DNA from: Candidatus Woesearchaeota archaeon
Lineage (GTDB): Archaea; Nanobdellota; Nanobdellia; Woesearchaeales; ARS49
Reading direction: 5' to 3'
Assembly: GCA_026394935.1 (NCBI GenBank)
Contig: JAPLZR010000081.1
Location: 4,178-39,606 of the forward strand
Length of the DNA: 35,429 nucleotides
Shown here: piece by piece, positions 26,995 through 35,112 of the stretch
How positions within the stretch are numbered: the first letter of the stretch is position 1
Layout of the letters: each line of letters starts with the position of its first letter
Position numbers and translations under genes: made by a program
Notes under the pieces: model-generated
The model's database searches: none
Told to the model about the DNA's origin: nothing
The model's input: only the letters and a program-made list of their open reading frames with translations

Positions 26995-27642
26995 ATGGTA
27001 AGCGTTCATCTTGGTCCGAGCTGGTTTTTTGGTGCTGATGCCTGTTTGGAGGCTTTGGCTTCTGTTATTGCTTTTTTTGTTGCATTGGCGTCTTTCAGGG
27101 TTTACAGGCTCACGAAAGAGAGGAAGTATGGTTATTTTACTGTGAGCATGGTCTTGTTGACGTTGAGTTTTCTTTCCCGTGCTGTTACTGATGCGTTGAT
27201 GGAGGAAATATTGTTTAAGGTGCCTGCCAGGCTTGTTGGCTCGATTTTCTATGCTGGTTATGTTGCGCATATCTTGCTTGCTTTGGTTGCTTATCTGCTT
27301 TTGTTCATGATTACTCATAAGCTGGCTGACAAGCGTGTTATTGCGCTTTTGTTCCTGATTTTGATTCCGAGTTTGCTGCTTAGCGGCAGTTATTATATGA
27401 GTTTTTACGGTATTAGTGCTTTGTTGCTGGGCTTTATCGCTTTGGCTTACTGGCAGAATTATCGCAAGGTGTGCAAGCTTGCTGCTTGTTTGGTGTTTGC
27501 TTCGTTTTCGCTTTTGACTGTTGCTCAACTCTTGTTTTTGCTTGAGGCGCATCTCAAGCTGTTTTACGTTGCTGCAGAACTGACTCAGGCAGCAGGCTAT
27601 TTGTTGTTGCTTTTCGCATTGATTAAGACGATGTTCAAATGA
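26995..27642 (+). CDS. Polytopic (about 7 TM) membrane protein
   Basis: About seven hydrophobic segments; ATGA overlap with the downstream wHTH gene. Confidence 0.75.
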   Translation: MVSVHLGPSWFFGADACLEALASVIAFFVALASFRVYRLTKERKYGYFTVSMVLLTLSFLSRAVTDALMEEILFKVPARLVGSIFYAGYVAHILLALVAYLLLFMITHKLADKRVIALLFLILIPSLLLSGSYYMSFYGISALLLGFIALAYWQNYRKVCKLAACLVFASFSLLTVAQLLFLLEAHLKLFYVAAELTQAAGYLLLLFALIKTMFK

Positions 27643-27905
27643 AACGTTCAAAAATCGATATAGTGTACGATATGCTTCGTGCAATTGAGGACAAGGGAGG
27701 AAGGATTATTCCCACGCATTTGCTGTACAAGTCAAACCTTTCCCATCAGAGGATGAAATTGTACTTGGATGAATTGAAGCAGAAGAGTATGATTGTTGAG
27801 ACTCATTCTAATGACAAGACTTTTTTTGAGCTTACTGATGTCGGCAGGAAGTTCATCCAGAACTTCAAGCAGATGAAGGAATTCACGCAGGCGTTTGGAT
27901 TGTAA
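27639..27905 (+). CDS. Archaeal winged-helix regulator (ArnR1-like/HTH_45)
   Basis: KRSKIDIVYDML...PTHLLYKSNLS...YLDEL...FELTDVG. Confidence 0.8.
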   Translation: MKRSKIDIVYDMLRAIEDKGGRIIPTHLLYKSNLSHQRMKLYLDELKQKSMIVETHSNDKTFFELTDVGRKFIQNFKQMKEFTQAFGL

Positions 27906-27909
27906 TAGA

Positions 27910-27923
27910 CGAATAATATCTGT
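27910..27923 (+). repeat. att-like repeat copy 1 (CGAATAATATCTGT)
   Basis: 12/14 match to CGTTTAATATCTGT at 29904 and 32231; lies at the left edge of the island. Confidence 0.45.
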
Positions 27924-27972
27924 TGTGCGTTTTTCGAATATTTTATAAATTCTGATGGTCATCTAAGAAAAT

Positions 27973-28542
27973 GTGAATTTAGGAAAAACACTTTATGTGA
28001 CTGATAGAGAACCGTGGCGTTTATGGCTTGCTAAAAATCACGCTAAAGAAAAAGAAATTTGGCTGGTTTATTATAGAAAATCATCTGGTAAGCCAAGAAT
28101 CCCGTACGATAGCGCAGTTGAAGAAGCACTCTGCTATGGTTGGATTGACAGCATTGTCAAAAGAGTGGATAATGATAGGTTTGCACAGAGGTTTACTCCT
28201 CGAAGGCCTAAAAGCTCTGTTTCAGAGATGAATAAGGAGCGTATCCGCAGACTCATTAAAGAAAAGAAGATGACTCCTATCGGGCTTGATGCAGTTTCAA
28301 AAGTCTTTGACAAATCTAAAGATGAGAACGAGAGATTCACTATCGCGCCTGATATAATTAAAGTGTTAAAAGCAGATGTGCAAGCATGGAAGCATTTCCA
28401 AAATTTTTCGGAAGGTTACAAAAAAGTTCGTATAGGTTTTATTGAAAGCCGTAGACGTCATGGTGATGGCGTGTTTCAAAAAAGTCTGCAGCATTTCACG
28501 AGAATGACGGCAAAAAACAAGAAATTTGGAATGGTGCAATAA
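27973..28542 (+). CDS. YdeI/OmpD-associated (OmdA) family protein
   Basis: WRLWLAKNH...EIWL...AVEEALCYGWIDS...FTPRRPKS..SEMNK. Confidence 0.9.
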   Translation: MNLGKTLYVTDREPWRLWLAKNHAKEKEIWLVYYRKSSGKPRIPYDSAVEEALCYGWIDSIVKRVDNDRFAQRFTPRRPKSSVSEMNKERIRRLIKEKKMTPIGLDAVSKVFDKSKDENERFTIAPDIIKVLKADVQAWKHFQNFSEGYKKVRIGFIESRRRHGDGVFQKSLQHFTRMTAKNKKFGMVQ

Positions 28543-28589
28543 AACGTCTCGCAGGTGCCCCATTTTTCTGGAGCAAGACTTCCTAAATA

Positions 28590-28640
28590 GAAACATTTAT
28601 ATATTGCTATTAACTAAAGGTTAATAACTATTAACTAAAA
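28590..28640 (+). promoter_or_regulatory. TATA box plus operator array upstream of the HTH-MNT gene
   Basis: GAAACATTTATATA; TATTAAC-N5-GTTAATA (28608-28626); CTATTAACTAAA repeated at 28607 and 28628. Confidence 0.55.
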
Positions 28641-28652
28641 GGAAACAGTGAG

Positions 28653-29255
28653 ATGAAAACAGATAAACCTGGTGCGAAAATCCTGAAAATACTGCTTAAA
28701 GACTTTACAGTAAAACCCACTATAACAGCCCTGGCCGAGGAACTGGGTATGAGCCGGGTGGGAGTTTGGAAAGTTCTTAAAAAGTTAGAAGCAGAAAAAC
28801 TTGCTGTTCTTTCTCCGATTGGAGCAGGGAAAACAAGCACGTATAGTATAAGTTTAAACTGGGATAATCCTCTCACTGAAAAAAATCTTGCTCTTGCTTT
28901 AACAGAAGACGCCTTAGAAAATCAGAGATGGCGCAGTAATTTTGCAGAACTTGAAAAAAAAGTGGATTTCCTCGTCATTTATGGAAGTATAATTCATTCG
29001 CCGAAAGAAGCCGATGATATTGATATACTGAGTGTTGTTTCTAACAAGAATAAATTTTTGGACATCGATGAATCTATCAGGAAGACCCAAAAAACCCAAA
29101 TCAAGAAGATTCATTCTTTGAGTTTTACACAAGCAGAATTTAAGCAGGAGCTGGAGAAGCCGAATAAGGTGTTTATCGATGCTGTTAAGAAAGGAATAAT
29201 ATTGTTTGGGCAGGAAAAATTTATTGCGTTCATAAGGAGTGTGGCTAAAAGATGA
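28653..29255 (+). CDS. HTH + minimal nucleotidyltransferase (MNT) antitoxin
   Basis: ITALAEELGMSRVGVWKVLKKL HTH; IYGS...ADDIDIL MNT motif; GIILFG. Confidence 0.85.
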   Translation: MKTDKPGAKILKILLKDFTVKPTITALAEELGMSRVGVWKVLKKLEAEKLAVLSPIGAGKTSTYSISLNWDNPLTEKNLALALTEDALENQRWRSNFAELEKKVDFLVIYGSIIHSPKEADDIDILSVVSNKNKFLDIDESIRKTQKTQIKKIHSLSFTQAEFKQELEKPNKVFIDAVKKGIILFGQEKFIAFIRSVAKR

Positions 29256-29788
29256 AGAAAGAAGTCAGGGACTGTTTTGTATTTGCTGCAAAGGATGAGG
29301 AGAAAGGCAGGAAGCATAAAGGCCTTCTTATCACTAAGCCTGACGATAAAATGGCGGAGGAATATATCGCTAAGGCAAAGATAAACTTGCAGCTTTGTGA
29401 TTTGTATAAATCGCAGGGGTATGATTACAAAATTCCTGAAGAGTGGTTTTATACTCTTTATTATTGCGCTCTTGCTATTTTGTCAAAGTTTGGGATTGAA
29501 AGCAGAAGCCAAAAGTGCACTGCCGCTTTTTTGCGGTATGCTAAAGATAGTGGACTAATGGATTATGATGACGAATTTATTGACAGAATAACTGTTTATA
29601 GTGCTAAAGAAGAAAAATCAGATGTAGATGAGAGAGAAACTGCAAGATACGGTTCATCCATAAAAAGCAAGGAAGTTGAAGTTAAATATGAATATATGGC
29701 CGATATTTGTAAAAAAGCAATTTCTCAGGCAGAAGAAATAGTTTTCTCAGATAAAGAATTCAAGGTTCCTGAAGAATTATACGAATAA
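29252..29788 (+). CDS. HEPN-domain protein (MNT/HEPN toxin-antitoxin pair)
   Basis: ATGA overlap with MNT; YTLYYCALAIL..FGIESRSQKC; RETARY at the HEPN Rx4H/Y position. Confidence 0.75.
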   Translation: MKKEVRDCFVFAAKDEEKGRKHKGLLITKPDDKMAEEYIAKAKINLQLCDLYKSQGYDYKIPEEWFYTLYYCALAILSKFGIESRSQKCTAAFLRYAKDSGLMDYDDEFIDRITVYSAKEEKSDVDERETARYGSSIKSKEVEVKYEYMADICKKAISQAEEIVFSDKEFKVPEELYE

Positions 29789-29903
29789 CTAGCCAAAAAA
29801 TCAACTTCGTTAAATCGCGATGTTAGTTTCAATTTCAGGTTTTTTAACGGTCTGCCTAAAACCCAAAACTCTTCGGACGAAGTTTGACCACACGTCGTAA
29901 GTG

Positions 29904-29917
29904 CGTTTAATATCTGT
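29904..29917 (+). repeat. att-like repeat copy 2 (CGTTTAATATCTGT)
   Basis: Identical to 32231-32244; supplies the stop codon of the DUF3841-like gene. Confidence 0.55.
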
Positions 29918-30455
29918 CGGGCTCTTCTAGAATAATTCTTCTTACTTCAACATTCTCAAATCCTCGGAATTCTAATAACTTTTTAGTTTGTTGATTTCTG
30001 ACCCGGACTCTTTTGGCATCCGGCAAGTGCAAACTTCGGGTTACTAACTGAACTGAAGAAGGTTTTTTTTCTACATTTTTCAGCCATTTTAATTTCGGCC
30101 AAGATGGTTTGAAAATCAGTCTTTTTTCATAATCCGTCATTTGATAATTCTTATGGCTGGAATTCAGGACCAAATGCCAATAACCATAATCCATAAAAAC
30201 TCCTTCAACCTTTTCGAATGAAAAAAGAACATCATTTGGACCATCTGACAAGATTTTTCTCCACTGATTCTGATAACCGGTCATTCTGATATCTTCGTCA
30301 GTTGTTCCAACTGCCAAGAATAACGGATAAAAACCAACTTCTTTTTCTAACCAGGAATATGCATCTTTGAAGTCTTGGTCAGCATGTTCAGGACTGGCTT
30401 CCACCCTTCCATAAACTGCACTGTCCAGAGATCTGCAATGATGGTATTGTAACAT
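29907..30455 (-). CDS. DUF3841-like hypothetical protein
   Basis: FKDAYSWL...YP...VFMDYGYWHLVLN...SW...VQ pattern; likely start ATG 30455. Confidence 0.5.
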   Translation of the reverse strand: MLQYHHCRSLDSAVYGRVEASPEHADQDFKDAYSWLEKEVGFYPLFLAVGTTDEDIRMTGYQNQWRKILSDGPNDVLFSFEKVEGVFMDYGYWHLVLNSSHKNYQMTDYEKRLIFKPSWPKLKWLKNVEKKPSSVQLVTRSLHLPDAKRVRVRNQQTKKLLEFRGFENVEVRRIILEEPDRY

Positions 30456-30518
30456 GACAATGAGAAATCGGCAAACATTATTAAATTTATTGAGCCCGAA
30501 CGCGGCTTCTTCGTTCAC

Positions 30519-30535
30519 TCGAGCACCATTGCACT
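30519..30535 (+). repeat. 17-bp direct repeat TCGAGCACCATTGCACT, copy 1
   Basis: Identical to 32117-32133. Confidence 0.8.
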
Positions 30536-30695
30536 CTCAGCCTTCAGCTCCGGGGCAAAATTTATGAGGGGGCAAAAGTGTTAAAATTTATCAAAGACTA
30601 TATAGTGATTGCCTCCTCGATTAACTGCTTTTTTACCTACTTAATAATGGTAAAAAAGCACAAGTTTTATATACTGTGAAGAATTAGAAAATAGT

Positions 30696-31172
30696 ATGTC
30701 ACAATATTTAAATACTTCAAAAGCCTGTACAGAACTAATGGGGGTTTCTCAGGAAGTAACAATACTTGAAAGAACAGTTCGCCGACTTGCTGCTGAGTTA
30801 GGTATTCCGTTGCGAAATACTGCGGGTGTTTCTTATGAGCAGGCGCTAGAAGGAAATAGCGGTATAGACCTTAACTATCACCGTGATTTTGATGGGTACG
30901 AGTGTTTTGCTGCTAAAAAAGAAAATAGTGGATTTGCGATCATGTCTGCCAGAGGAGAATATAGTATTTGTTTAAAAAATCGTGGTAGAAATCTGAAGAA
31001 AAGCGCTCTTGCCGAGCCAGCAAACGGAATTGAAAAAAAGCTAAATCTTCGAATACTAATTCCAGATGACATACGTTCAGAACCTGAGAAAATTCATGAG
31101 CCTCTTGTTGATATTGAAGAAGCTGAGCTTGATGCCATAACTTCTCGGACAGTATTGAAATATTTGTCCTAA
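30696..31172 (+). CDS. Hypothetical protein
   Basis: 158-aa ORF with TTTTATATA about 25 nt upstream; no recognised motif. Confidence 0.55.
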   Translation: MSQYLNTSKACTELMGVSQEVTILERTVRRLAAELGIPLRNTAGVSYEQALEGNSGIDLNYHRDFDGYECFAAKKENSGFAIMSARGEYSICLKNRGRNLKKSALAEPANGIEKKLNLRILIPDDIRSEPEKIHEPLVDIEEAELDAITSRTVLKYLS

Positions 31173-31855
31173 GCTATTCCTAAGTGCTTATGCGTGTCTA
31201 TCGTTTTAAATAATGCCTTTTCGTCATTCCAGGAATAAACTATCCTGTGATCTCCCATTGGGTGGGGTAAATCTGCGTGCCTCCATCCTCTCCACAGGCC
31301 TGTTTTGATTTTCTGTGTGACTCCTGGAACATCAAACCAGCCCTTTGAAACATAAAACAGGATTTTTTCTTCAACTGCAGTTATTCTTTCTTTATATTGT
31401 GAATAAAGATTATCTTTTTCTTTAAGTTTGGCATATTCAGGCGAATATTCAAATGGTGGCAGTATCTGTGATTGAACTGGTGTTTTCAGGAAATCACTCA
31501 TTCTTTCTAATAAAGAGCCAATCACGTCTTTTTTTTCTTTAAAAACACAGGATAGTAATTCTTTCCAGGTTTCAGGATCTTCGGCAAAGGTCTGGTCGGT
31601 TATGTTTAGCTCTTTGTCAGCCAGTAATTTGAACTCTATCAATGCAGTTTGTACTGTCTGCCATGCGTCCTTTATTTGATTTGCACCATCTTCTTCAAGA
31701 CTTTGAATGATGGCAGGAATAATTACCCTAAGTTCATTAAAAATCTTGAATGCAAATTCTAATGTATTTTTTGCTTGTTCAATTTTTCCATCAATTAAAC
31801 GTCCATAAAATTCTTCCAGTGATTCTTTAAGCAAATTCACTTCTTTTACTTTCAT
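31169..31855 (-). CDS. Helical N-terminal domain fused to a C-terminal RelE/YafQ-like mRNase domain
   Basis: C-terminus KTGLWRGWRHADL...DHRIVYSW...FKTIDTHKHL resembles YafQ (G.W.G.R..H...D..LIY...GTH). Likely start ATG 31855 with TTTTTATAAAAA upstream. Confidence 0.6.
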   Translation of the reverse strand: MKVKEVNLLKESLEEFYGRLIDGKIEQAKNTLEFAFKIFNELRVIIPAIIQSLEEDGANQIKDAWQTVQTALIEFKLLADKELNITDQTFAEDPETWKELLSCVFKEKKDVIGSLLERMSDFLKTPVQSQILPPFEYSPEYAKLKEKDNLYSQYKERITAVEEKILFYVSKGWFDVPGVTQKIKTGLWRGWRHADLPHPMGDHRIVYSWNDEKALFKTIDTHKHLGIA

Positions 31856-31906
31856 ATTCGACGTTTTAGAAGAAGTTTTTATAAAAAACTTGTCATTTTT
31901 CAAACA

Positions 31907-32103
31907 TCGAGAATCCACCAGTCTATGACTGGTGGTTTACTATGTGCAAACCACAATAGGGTGGATTCTCGAGTGTGCTCAAGAACCACCGTGCCGTATC
32001 GCGTCATTATGCAGCATTCGCTTCATGCCACCGGTCACTTGAAAACGAAGTTTTCAAGTTCGTCAGAAACTTTGTTTCTGAGATATTGACCGGTGGTTCT
32101 TGA
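31907..32103. repeat. REP-doublet/MITE-like nested palindromic element (197 bp)
   Basis: Perfect 13-bp IRs at 31907-31919/31960-31972 and 31979-31991/32091-32103. Inner hairpins CCACCAGTC/GACTGGTGG, CCACCGGTCA/TGACCGGTGG, CTTGAAAAC/GTTTTCAAG, TCAGAAAC/GTTTCTGA. Confidence 0.75.
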
Positions 32104-32116
32104 CAAGCAGCCATAA

Positions 32117-32133
32117 TCGAGCACCATTGCACT
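32117..32133 (+). repeat. 17-bp direct repeat, copy 2
   Basis: Identical to 30519-30535. Confidence 0.8.
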
Positions 32134-32230
32134 AAAAGTTCGTCCTCTTTTCATTCGGAGAGCATAATGGCGATTTTTCGACTACTCTTGGTTGCACTCT
32201 CGTTCCACCCAAATCCGCCTACGGCGTGTA

Positions 32231-32244
32231 CGTTTAATATCTGT
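32231..32244 (+). repeat. att-like repeat copy 3 (CGTTTAATATCTGT)
   Basis: Identical to 29904-29917; lies at the right edge of the island. Confidence 0.55.
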
Positions 32245-32310
32245 AATATAAGTAATAGAACATAAATATTAAAGTGTACTTATCTTTATGTGGTTTGGTG
32301 GGGGGTTTGA

Positions 32311-32469
32311 ATGGAAAACGAAATCTGTCCGACCATTGTTAAACTGCTGGACGAGCAGTATGTTGTTTATTTGAAGGAAGTGCCTTCTCGTGTTTTGGCT
32401 GGGGGAAAAGCGCAGTCTACTTGTGTGCGCGCGTTTGTTAGAAAGCTTTACCCGCCTGCGCTTGAGTAG
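32311..32469 (+). CDS. Possible 52-aa small protein (MENEICPTIVKLLDEQ...)
   Basis: G-rich RBS-like sequence, AT-rich upstream region, host-like codon bias; overlaps the permease 3' end by 22 nt. Confidence 0.3.
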   Translation: MENEICPTIVKLLDEQYVVYLKEVPSRVLAGGKAQSTCVRAFVRKLYPPALE

Positions 32470-33233
32470 CTTTTTATTGCGTGTCTCCAGAGCATTAGTG
32501 ATGCGATGAAGAATGCTGCTACTGGCAGGAGTGTTATTAGCAGCATTTTTGCTGTTACTCCGCTGATGAGTGCTTGTGCTGGGTAGAAACTGCTGACTGC
32601 TATGGGAAATAAAAACGTGAGTGCGAACCTTATTCCTGTGCCGTAAACGTTCAGTGGGTATCTTGCGAAGTCTGTGATTTTTGAGTATAGGAATTCGAGT
32701 GCTTCGCTTTTTACTGCTATGAATCCCATGCTTGATATGATTATGTTTGCTGACAGGTGCACGAAGTAGCCTGCTATTACGAGTATGATGTACGCGAGTG
32801 TTGCGAGTGTGAAGAATGGTATGCCGATTTGCATTGCTGAGTGTATGACTATTGCTAGTCCTACGATGATTTCTGCTATGCCGTAGTGGTCTGTTGTTAG
32901 TGCGAGCAGATACAAAAGTGTTGGGTATGGTTTCAATAAATACTGGTCGAATTCTCCTTCGTTTATCGCGTCCAATACCCACCAGGATAGTGTGAATGCT
33001 GATGTTCTTGCTAGCCCCATTACGAGTATTAGTGTTCCTTGGAACAGCATTAGTTGGCTGAAGGTCCATCCTGGAAGTCCTGATGTTGTGTTGTAGATGA
33101 ACAGTGTGACTAGTGGTCCTATTAGGTCTGAGAATACTACTGAGATTGTTTTGATGAGAAAGTCGTATTTGTATGCTAAGTCTCTCATTATCCAGATTCC
33201 TGCGCACCGCCGTAATAGCTTGAAATATTTCAC
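32448..33233 (-). CDS. ABC-2 type permease (ABC2_membrane_6/DUF990-like)
   Basis: GW...F, GEFDQYLLKP, ARYPLNVY, SYSSAGG; about 6 TM. Confidence 0.9.
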   Translation of the reverse strand: MKYFKLLRRCAGIWIMRDLAYKYDFLIKTISVVFSDLIGPLVTLFIYNTTSGLPGWTFSQLMLFQGTLILVMGLARTSAFTLSWWVLDAINEGEFDQYLLKPYPTLLYLLALTTDHYGIAEIIVGLAIVIHSAMQIGIPFFTLATLAYIILVIAGYFVHLSANIIISSMGFIAVKSEALEFLYSKITDFARYPLNVYGTGIRFALTFLFPIAVSSFYPAQALISGVTAKMLLITLLPVAAFFIASLMLWRHAIKSYSSAGG

Positions 33234-34030
33234 AGTCCCACGCTCGCGTATCTTTTAATTGCTCTTTTCCATATCAAATGCGCGATGAAATAGATGATTG
33301 CTATCCAGAGTAATTGTATGGCGAGTGATTTGATTATCATCGCTTTTGTTATCGTGCCCAAATAAATGGTGATTGGGACGAATTTTGTGTACTCGAATGG
33401 CAGGTAGTGGAAGATTGTTTGCGACCACGCCGGGAATAGTGTTAGTGGTATGAAGCTTCCGCTGAAGAATCCGAGTGTTGCTCTTCTTAGTCTTCTTAGT
33501 CCTGCTATTCTTTTGAGCCAGAATGCTGTTAGTCCGAGGCAGTACGTCATTCCGAAGTATATGAAGAACGCGAATACGATTGATATGAGGAAGGCTATTG
33601 TGTTGAATGCTGTTGTTGTTCTTAGTCCGAAGAATACGAAGCCTATCAAAAACACTGGTATCATCTGCCATAGTATGTTCATCAGGTTTATTCCTATTTC
33701 GAATGACATGTACCAGGTTATGAATGAGATTGGTTTTAGGAGTCCTGTTATCATTCTTCCCCAGATGAGGTCGTTTTCCATCCATTTGTCGACTTCTGAC
33801 CAGGTGACGAATCCTACTATCATGCTTAGGATGTAGTAGTTTACCATTTCTGGGAATGCGAATCCGCCTACGGTTGCTGTTCCCATGTATGCGTAGATTG
33901 ATTTCCATAGAAAGTAGTAGATTATCAGGGAGATGGGCGTGCTTAGCATCATGACGATGCCTTCAAATCTGTATGCGCTCCATACTTTTATGCCTGCTTT
34001 GGCAAATGCCCAGTTGCCTTGTAGGTTCAT
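33230..34030 (-). CDS. ABC-2 type permease (ABC2_membrane_6/DUF990-like)
   Basis: AYR, G...GLLKP, SGSFIPLTLFPAW, LPF; about 6 TM. Confidence 0.9.
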   Translation of the reverse strand: MNLQGNWAFAKAGIKVWSAYRFEGIVMMLSTPISLIIYYFLWKSIYAYMGTATVGGFAFPEMVNYYILSMIVGFVTWSEVDKWMENDLIWGRMITGLLKPISFITWYMSFEIGINLMNILWQMIPVFLIGFVFFGLRTTTAFNTIAFLISIVFAFFIYFGMTYCLGLTAFWLKRIAGLRRLRRATLGFFSGSFIPLTLFPAWSQTIFHYLPFEYTKFVPITIYLGTITKAMIIKSLAIQLLWIAIIYFIAHLIWKRAIKRYASVGL

Positions 34031-34032
34031 TT

Positions 34033-35007
34033 TTATTCCTTGTAGATTTTCTTGATGATTTCTTCTATTGGTGGGTCTGTGACTGTGATGTCTGCTACGT
34101 CAAAGTTTTGGAGGAGGTAGTTGATTAGTTGTTGTACTGGTTTTTTGCTGGTGTCAAGCTCGAGTTTCAGCATGTATCCTTGTTTTTCGAGGACTTTGCA
34201 TCCTTTGAACTTGAACGGTCCGACTTTTCCTGACAGTTTTACTTCTATGTGTTTGTCAGTGATGTATTTTTTCTTGATGTCTTCGAGAGGTCCGTCGTAG
34301 ATTATTTGTCCGTGGTTGATGATTATGATTCTTTTGCAGAGTTTTTCTATGTCTTGCATGTCGTGTGTTGTGACGATGAATGTTGTTTTGTATTTTTTGT
34401 TGACTTTGAGTACGAAGTCTCTGAACTTGTCTTTTGCGATTACGTCTAGCCCTATTGTCGGCTCGTCGAGGAATACGAGTGGCGGGTTGTGGAGTAGTGC
34501 GTTGATTATTTCGCATCTCATTCTTTCTCCTAGTGATAGTTCTCTGACTGGTGATTTGATGACTTCTTCTACTTCAAGGAGTGAAATCATTTCTTTGAGT
34601 CTTTTCGTGAATTCTGAGTCAGGCGTTCCGTAGATGTCTTTGTTCATGTAGAATGAGTCTATTGGCGGCAGGTCCCATATCATTTGGGTTTTTTGTCCGA
34701 ATACTACTCCTATGTGGGCTACGTATTTTATCCTGTTTTCCCAGGGCGTCATTCCTATGATGTTTGCTTCTCCGCTGTCCGGCCATAGGAGTCCTGATAG
34801 AATTTTTACTAGTGTTGATTTTCCTGCGCCGTTTGGTCCTATTAAGCCGACTATTTCTCCTTTTTCTATGTCGAGGCTTGCGTTTTTGAGCGCTTCTTTT
34901 ATGGTGTATTTTCTGCTGAAGAGTGATTTGATTGCTTCAAGGACTCCTTGTTCTCTTTTGTATACTTTGAAGGTTTTGCGCAGGTCTTTGACGTGTATTA
35001 TTGGCAT
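34033..35007 (-). CDS. ABC transporter ATP-binding protein
   Basis: Walker A GPNGAGKST, LSLGERMR signature, Walker B FLDEPT, TTH. GGGTGA RBS before ATG 35007. Confidence 0.95.
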   Translation of the reverse strand: MPIIHVKDLRKTFKVYKREQGVLEAIKSLFSRKYTIKEALKNASLDIEKGEIVGLIGPNGAGKSTLVKILSGLLWPDSGEANIIGMTPWENRIKYVAHIGVVFGQKTQMIWDLPPIDSFYMNKDIYGTPDSEFTKRLKEMISLLEVEEVIKSPVRELSLGERMRCEIINALLHNPPLVFLDEPTIGLDVIAKDKFRDFVLKVNKKYKTTFIVTTHDMQDIEKLCKRIIIINHGQIIYDGPLEDIKKKYITDKHIEVKLSGKVGPFKFKGCKVLEKQGYMLKLELDTSKKPVQQLINYLLQNFDVADITVTDPPIEEIIKKIYKE

Positions 35008-35112
35008 TGCTTCACCCTTTTTGGTATGAGCCTGTTTGGAACTACTTAAATTTTGCTGAAAACCGTAAATATTATATTTAAGCGGCAAATTCAGTACTCT
35101 TGGGTGGTCAGT

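Noticed and set aside
27893..27923. Archaeal XerA dif site
   Set aside because: Some resemblance (TTGGAT...TAATATCT), but the arms do not form a clean 11-6-11 inverted repeat; kept only as a hypothesis to test.
27910..32244. CRISPR array or complete integron
   Set aside because: Repeats are 14-17 bp, kilobases apart and irregular. No cas or intI gene, and no full attC hairpin could be folded.
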